Shown here: one piece after another, positions 54,901 to 64,000 of the stretch
Layout: each line of letters starts with the position of its first letter
How positions within the stretch are numbered: position 1 is the first letter of the stretch
Assembly: GCA_012295275.1 (NCBI GenBank)
Contig: CM022670.1
Span: 29,016,001-29,080,000 of the forward strand
Length of the DNA: 64,000 bases
Direction of reading: 5' to 3'
DNA from: Chrysomallon squamiferum
Lineage: Eukaryota; Animalia; Mollusca
Made by a program: the position numbers and the translations under genes
The notes under the pieces: generated by a model
What the model saw: only the letters and a program-made list of their open reading frames with translations
The model's database searches: none
What the model was told of the DNA's origin: nothing

Positions 54901-55280
54901 ATTTATATATAAAAATGTACTTATTAAAATAGGCTAATTTTACATCTTATTTTTTTATGTTACATTTTAACAGTTTACCTCCATAGGCCCTTTGATCAAC
55001 ATCAAGGTTGTTAAACTAAAATATATAAAGAAAGAAAAATGTCACAAATTTGACAAAAGTAATAAAAATGCCCTTTCATAATTAAAAATGAAGAGGCAAG
55101 TTATTTTGAAATGAATGCTTTTAATAAATAACTGACATCTACAATTTTAAGGAAAACAAAATAGTTTATACATACCTCTCTCCAAGGCAAATTTCTTTTG
55201 TTTTTATCATACCATTCCAATAACTGTCTTTGTAAAATATCAGTTTCCTCAGAAGTAAAACAATGGCCACTTCCTTTCAT
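48978..55280 (-). CDS. MUTYH: Adenine DNA glycosylase MUTYH, complete gene, 15 coding exons, 458 aa: complement(join(48978..49064,49323..49364,49830..49985,50656..50792,51151..51284,51527..51578,52005..52086,52498..52642,53054..53151,53368..53481,53758..53829,54145..54186,54616..54689,54979..55015,55176..55280))
   Basis: All introns GT-AG with consistent phases. Motifs: [16 protein letters not shown] (catalytic Glu), [13 protein letters not shown], Hh[18 protein letters not shown] (catalytic Asp), [17 protein letters not shown] (4Fe-4S), [16 protein letters not shown]-terminal QTAIKSFF. Confidence 0.97.
49323..49364 (-). CDS. MUTYH: MUTYH coding exon 14 ([14 protein letters not shown])
   Basis: VFRxY follows STAMKK in MUTYH; canonical sites. 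Confidence 0.9.
49830..49985 (-). CDS. MUTYH: MUTYH coding exon 13 ([12 protein letters not shown]...SAISTAMKK)
   Basis: HxFSH 8-oxoG recognition loop and STAMKK. Confidence 0.96.
50656..50792 (-). CDS. MUTYH: MUTYH coding exon 12 ([10 protein letters not shown]...PVGQ)
   Basis: Nudix-like C-domain GLLAGxWEFP motif. Confidence 0.96.
51151..51284 (-). CDS. MUTYH: MUTYH coding exon 11 (LGVTNYPRK...LIIKRPSK)
   Basis: GVxNxPRK motif; lies within ORF 51083..51295. Confidence 0.93.
51527..51578 (-). CDS. MUTYH: MUTYH coding exon 10 ([17 protein letters not shown])
   Basis: CxxC and WD of the Zn-linchpin region; phases fit both neighbours. Confidence 0.85.
52005..52086 (-). CDS. MUTYH: MUTYH coding exon 9 (interdomain connector, VEKHK...SDIES)
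   Basis: Open frame, DIE motif, T|GTAAG donor in correct phase. Confidence 0.85.
52498..52642 (-). CDS. MUTYH: MUTYH coding exon 8 ([33 protein letters not shown])
   Basis: C-x6-C-x2-C-x5-C 4Fe-4S motif. Confidence 0.97.
53054..53151 (-). CDS. MUTYH: MUTYH coding exon 7 ([16 protein letters not shown]...)
   Basis: VVDGNV catalytic Asp motif; phase-2 donor. Confidence 0.96.
53368..53481 (-). CDS. MUTYH: MUTYH coding exon 6 (HhH: [19 protein letters not shown])
   Basis: Helix-hairpin-helix motif; CAG|GTAAG donor. Confidence 0.97.
53758..53829 (-). CDS. MUTYH: MUTYH coding exon 5 ([24 protein letters not shown])
   Basis: GLGYYSR motif; canonical sites. Confidence 0.97.
54145..54186 (-). CDS. 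MUTYH: MUTYH coding exon 4 ([14 protein letters not shown])
   Basis: WPTLQDLA motif; CAG/GTGAG sites. Confidence 0.95.
54616..54689 (-). CDS. MUTYH: MUTYH coding exon 3 ([25 protein letters not shown])
   Basis: Signature MutY motif; canonical splice sites. Confidence 0.97.
54979..55015 (-). CDS. MUTYH: MUTYH coding exon 2 ([12 protein letters not shown])
   Basis: TTTAG acceptor, G|GTAAA donor; matches D-x-R-A-Y. Confidence 0.9.
55176..55280 (-). CDS. MUTYH: MUTYH coding exon 1 (MKGSGHCF...[15 protein letters not shown])
   Basis: ATG at 55280; GAG|GTATG donor; RxLPWR motif; upstream acceptor at 55304-55305. Confidence 0.92.
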
Positions 55281-55413
55281 TGTATTAAATTATACTCTAT
55301 CTTCTGAAAATAATGATTATGATTATGATGATGATGATAAAATAATGGAAATGGAGAGAATTATATAACTAGTGTAATGTAATAATTTGAAATATTTAGG
55401 TAATATTAAAAAA

Positions 55414-55414
<1 letters not shown>

Positions 55415-55461
<47 letters not shown>

Positions 55462-55506
55462 CCAGTTAACTTAATGAGTTATGAAAGAAAAAAAAAAAAA
55501 AAAAAA
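55415..55506. repeat. (ATT)n plus poly(A) in the MUTYH 5'UTR intron
   Basis: Directly visible. Confidence 0.9.
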
Positions 55507-55599
55507 TGGTGAAATTTAATAATAACAACAAGATTAATGAAACCATTTTCTCCTTGTCTGTTTAGAATGGGATAATGTTGGGTATTCTGAAAGTTCTGG

Positions 55600-56340
55600 C
55601 AAAGGTACTTTAAAGCCACACTTTCTAAGCTTCTTCAAATTTACCAAGTCAACACTGGCCTATCTCTCATCATAATGATTATGATAATCGAGCTATCAGT
55701 TATATTAACGATATAATCATTTATTACCGGCGAAAACACAAATTTATTATCCTTGAAAATGCATTATGCTACATAACATAGTTTTCGATATGATTACCGT
55801 AATGGTCGGCAAACGATATCGCTTTTAACTATTGAATCGGGCGCCAGTATTTCCTGTCATACCGCAGTATTGTGTCAAATTCTCAAGGAACAATATTCAT
55901 ACTACACCGCTGTTTAGGGAGAATTCTGTGAATCGAAATAATTTTGTTTTCACATTTTTGTCTCATATTAATTTTAAGAATGTGTTTGATATTCTGATAT
56001 ATTACAGATTGTTAATTGAATATGTACAGAATGATATTATAACCTTTTTAAATTATTTCTTGTGAAAGATACAGATTAATTGCCAATCAACAACTTCTTT
56101 AAGTAATTCTCATTTCTTTTAACCTCCACGGATGTCAAAAGGTTTCTTTACCTCACTTGTTATCTATTTGAAATTGTTCGCATATTTCTCCCACAGATTT
56201 TTATTTTTAAATGAAAATTAAATAAAATAAAAAGAAAGTTAAGAAGGGTTTTCGATTAAATAAATCTGTTACCGTGATACAAGGTATCCCGTATGAAGGA
56301 TAACGCTTACAAAGTTGCTATAAAGACTGGGTAAAAAAGT
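55600..56340. promoter_or_regulatory. Putative bidirectional promoter and 5'UTR exons shared by MUTYH and AADAT
   Basis: Both first coding exons are preceded by splice acceptors (55304-55305 minus; 56524-56525 plus), so both TSSs probably lie in this interval. Local CpG cluster at ~55690-55935 within otherwise CpG-poor DNA. Confidence 0.65.
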
Positions 56341-56538
56341 AAATTGATGTTAAATTATGAAGCATTGGACGTTTAATACATGCATACATACATGCATACA
56401 TATAATATATATGTGGGTGTGTGTATGTAATATAGAAAACGATGATATATTTCATTTAAAAAAATTTTTTTTTTTTTTTTTTTTTGTAAATTTTTAAAAT
56501 TAATTATTTATTTATATTTGAACAGTAAAACAATCACA

Positions 56539-61863
<5,325 letters not shown>

Positions 61864-64000
61864 AAATAAGGAATGCCACCTCCCTTGTTATAGTATTAAA
61901 CAATAATACTTTTAAATAATGATGACCAGCAATCGTGTAGCATTGTTAAGGTCATAGGGTAGTTGCCCTGGGCACAACATTCTAAGCAGCACAAAAATTC
62001 AACAAAAAACATAAAATAATAAAGAATGCCAACCCATGAGAAACTACTGTATACCAGTGTAGCATTTGAAATGTATTTAAATATTTCCTGAACTGTTTAA
62101 TTATTACATTCAATATACAGATATGTATCTATTGTACCAGTCAGTTTATATCTGAAATATAAGTTACACATACACATGTAATACATGTATGTTTTTGCAG
62201 TGTTTAAAATATTACACAATTTCATTATAGCATGCATTGCTTTATTTTATAAATATTAAAGATTTAAATATATATTTTAAATATCTATCGGTAGCAAATA
62301 TAAAATTTGAAAATACCCTGAGGGCTGGCCCTAATCGAAGTTTTGTTTTGAATGTAATTATTACAGTTCTGAAACACAACCAGACATTGACTTTAATTTC
62401 TTTATTCTGCTTGACTATAATGGTTTAGGTGTATTTTTTGTTTCAACATTTTTACCAAATTTTATATAATAAATTTTATGCTAATACATTATTGTTATTC
62501 AAATACTTGGGCAATTCACACATTACAATCAATTAAGACATTTTTTAAATTTTAAATTTTATTTTACACATAAACGGCAGCAGTAAGTTAGTACTGAATC
62601 TAGTATATGATTGTGCCAACAAATTTAACAAAAACAAAAACATTATTTGAAACTTTTAAGAAAATACAGAATATAAGTCTTAAATATTTTATATTCAGTA
62701 ATTATACTGACTTTTAAACATTTTATATACAAATATGTTGAAATTTGTGTTAAATTATGTTGTATGATTTTGGGTTTGTTTTGAAATACAAAAAGGTTTA
62801 TAACCTGAAGAGATTGTTTTTATATTCTGGGTGATCAGTGTTTATTAACAGTATGATAGAAATGTGAAAATATTTTATATATTCATGTCATAGCTTTTAT
62901 AACACCGATTTGGGTGATTAAAGATATTTATTTTGCTTGGTTGTGTTTTGTTTTGGGTTTTTTATATAAATCTCACCTTGCATCATTGTCAGTGTTTCAT
63001 CTAACTCTTGAAAAAGATTTACAAGAACATAAATTATTCATATATGTTATTAGTATGTAATCTTTATTTATTTATTTATTTATTAGATCCCCTTCTTTAC
63101 TAACACATTAGAAATTGCTACTTGTTTTTATTTAGCATAGAGGGAATTTTTCTTAATACAGTCCAAGTAAGAATAACTAAAAACAGAAAAAGATAAAATG
63201 ATTTTTCTCAATATTAAATATGTGGAAAGGAGACTGTGAAGGCACAGGGTTAAGCTCTGAATGGTTTGCACACTTTAAAAGACAGACTGGATTGAATATT
63301 TTTAGAATTCAAAGTGAAATAGTTATAACTGAATTTCCAAATAATTTGGGAAGAGCTGGACTATAATGCAGGAATATTTAAAACCTAGAGGAAATAGCTC
63401 TATTTTGGGGAAGAAAATATTTCTTGCAAAAGAGGACAAAAATATACGAAATAACAATCTTAAAGGGGACAGGAATGCTGATGGAGATTTTTAAATTAGT
63501 GCACAAAATTTATTTTTATTTTAAAATTTTTTTAATGTTATATAATAATTAAATAGCAATAAAAATGTCATGGGATTTAAAAAAAAATTATTTTCATTTG
63601 AATACTCGAAACTCAATTATCAGATGAATTAAGTGAAATAATAAAACAGAATCAAGAAACAAGTTTGACATCAGTGATCATATATTTTATTTGTAAAAGT
63701 TACAAAAAACAAACGTACACTAATAAAGTGTAAGTAACACAAAAAGGCCATATAATTTGTATATAATAGATATTGTATAATATAACTAATCTATAATAAG
63801 CAGTTTACTCTTTTCTTTTTTTGATACACTGAAGCAGCAATTTTGTTATTATATTGACCCATTTAAAGCTAGAAAAAAAAAATAACTATAAAATTTTAAA
63901 AATAAATAAAAAACAACTTAATATTTTTTACGTTTTCATTTTGTTTTCTTCATTTTCTTACTCATGTAAATAACCAATTTATTATTATAATATCAAGTTC

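Noticed and set aside
62018-62023. AATAAA as the AADAT poly(A) signal
   Set aside because: Several equivalent hexamers occur downstream in AT-rich sequence; cannot choose without 3'-end data.

Overview
Eukaryotic (metazoan, probably invertebrate; mollusc/lophotrochozoan is only an inference), very AT-rich, microsatellite-dense genomic DNA. Nearly all entries in the supplied ORF track are translations of simple repeats; the real genes are spliced and were reconstructed by hand. (1) Minus strand 17426-17656: first coding exon of a probable LURAP1/FAM89/FAM167-like coiled-coil adaptor; no further exon was found in 1-17425, so the gene likely continues off the left edge. (2) Minus strand 48978-55280: a complete 15-coding-exon MUTYH adenine DNA glycosylase (458 aa) with HhH, 4Fe-4S, Zn-linchpin, FSH-loop and PIP-box motifs. 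(3) Plus strand 56539-61863: a complete 11-coding-exon AADAT/KAT II aminotransferase (426 aa) with one GC-AG intron, head-to-head with MUTYH (ATGs about 1.26 kb apart). The first ~48 kb is almost all non-coding but not featureless: by eye it alternates on a roughly 1-kb scale between CpG-containing blocks carrying recurrent motifs (CRE/ATF, YY1/Pho, GTCGTCTG, ETS) and AT/SSR spacers, and this stops abruptly where the CpG-poor MUTYH/AADAT gene bodies begin. Two copies of a short-TIR MITE and two imperfect hairpins are also present. Nothing here looks prokaryotic (no CRISPR, rRNA or tRNA recognised), and I found no novel protein-coding system; the most unusual signal is the non-coding architecture, which has not been tested statistically.
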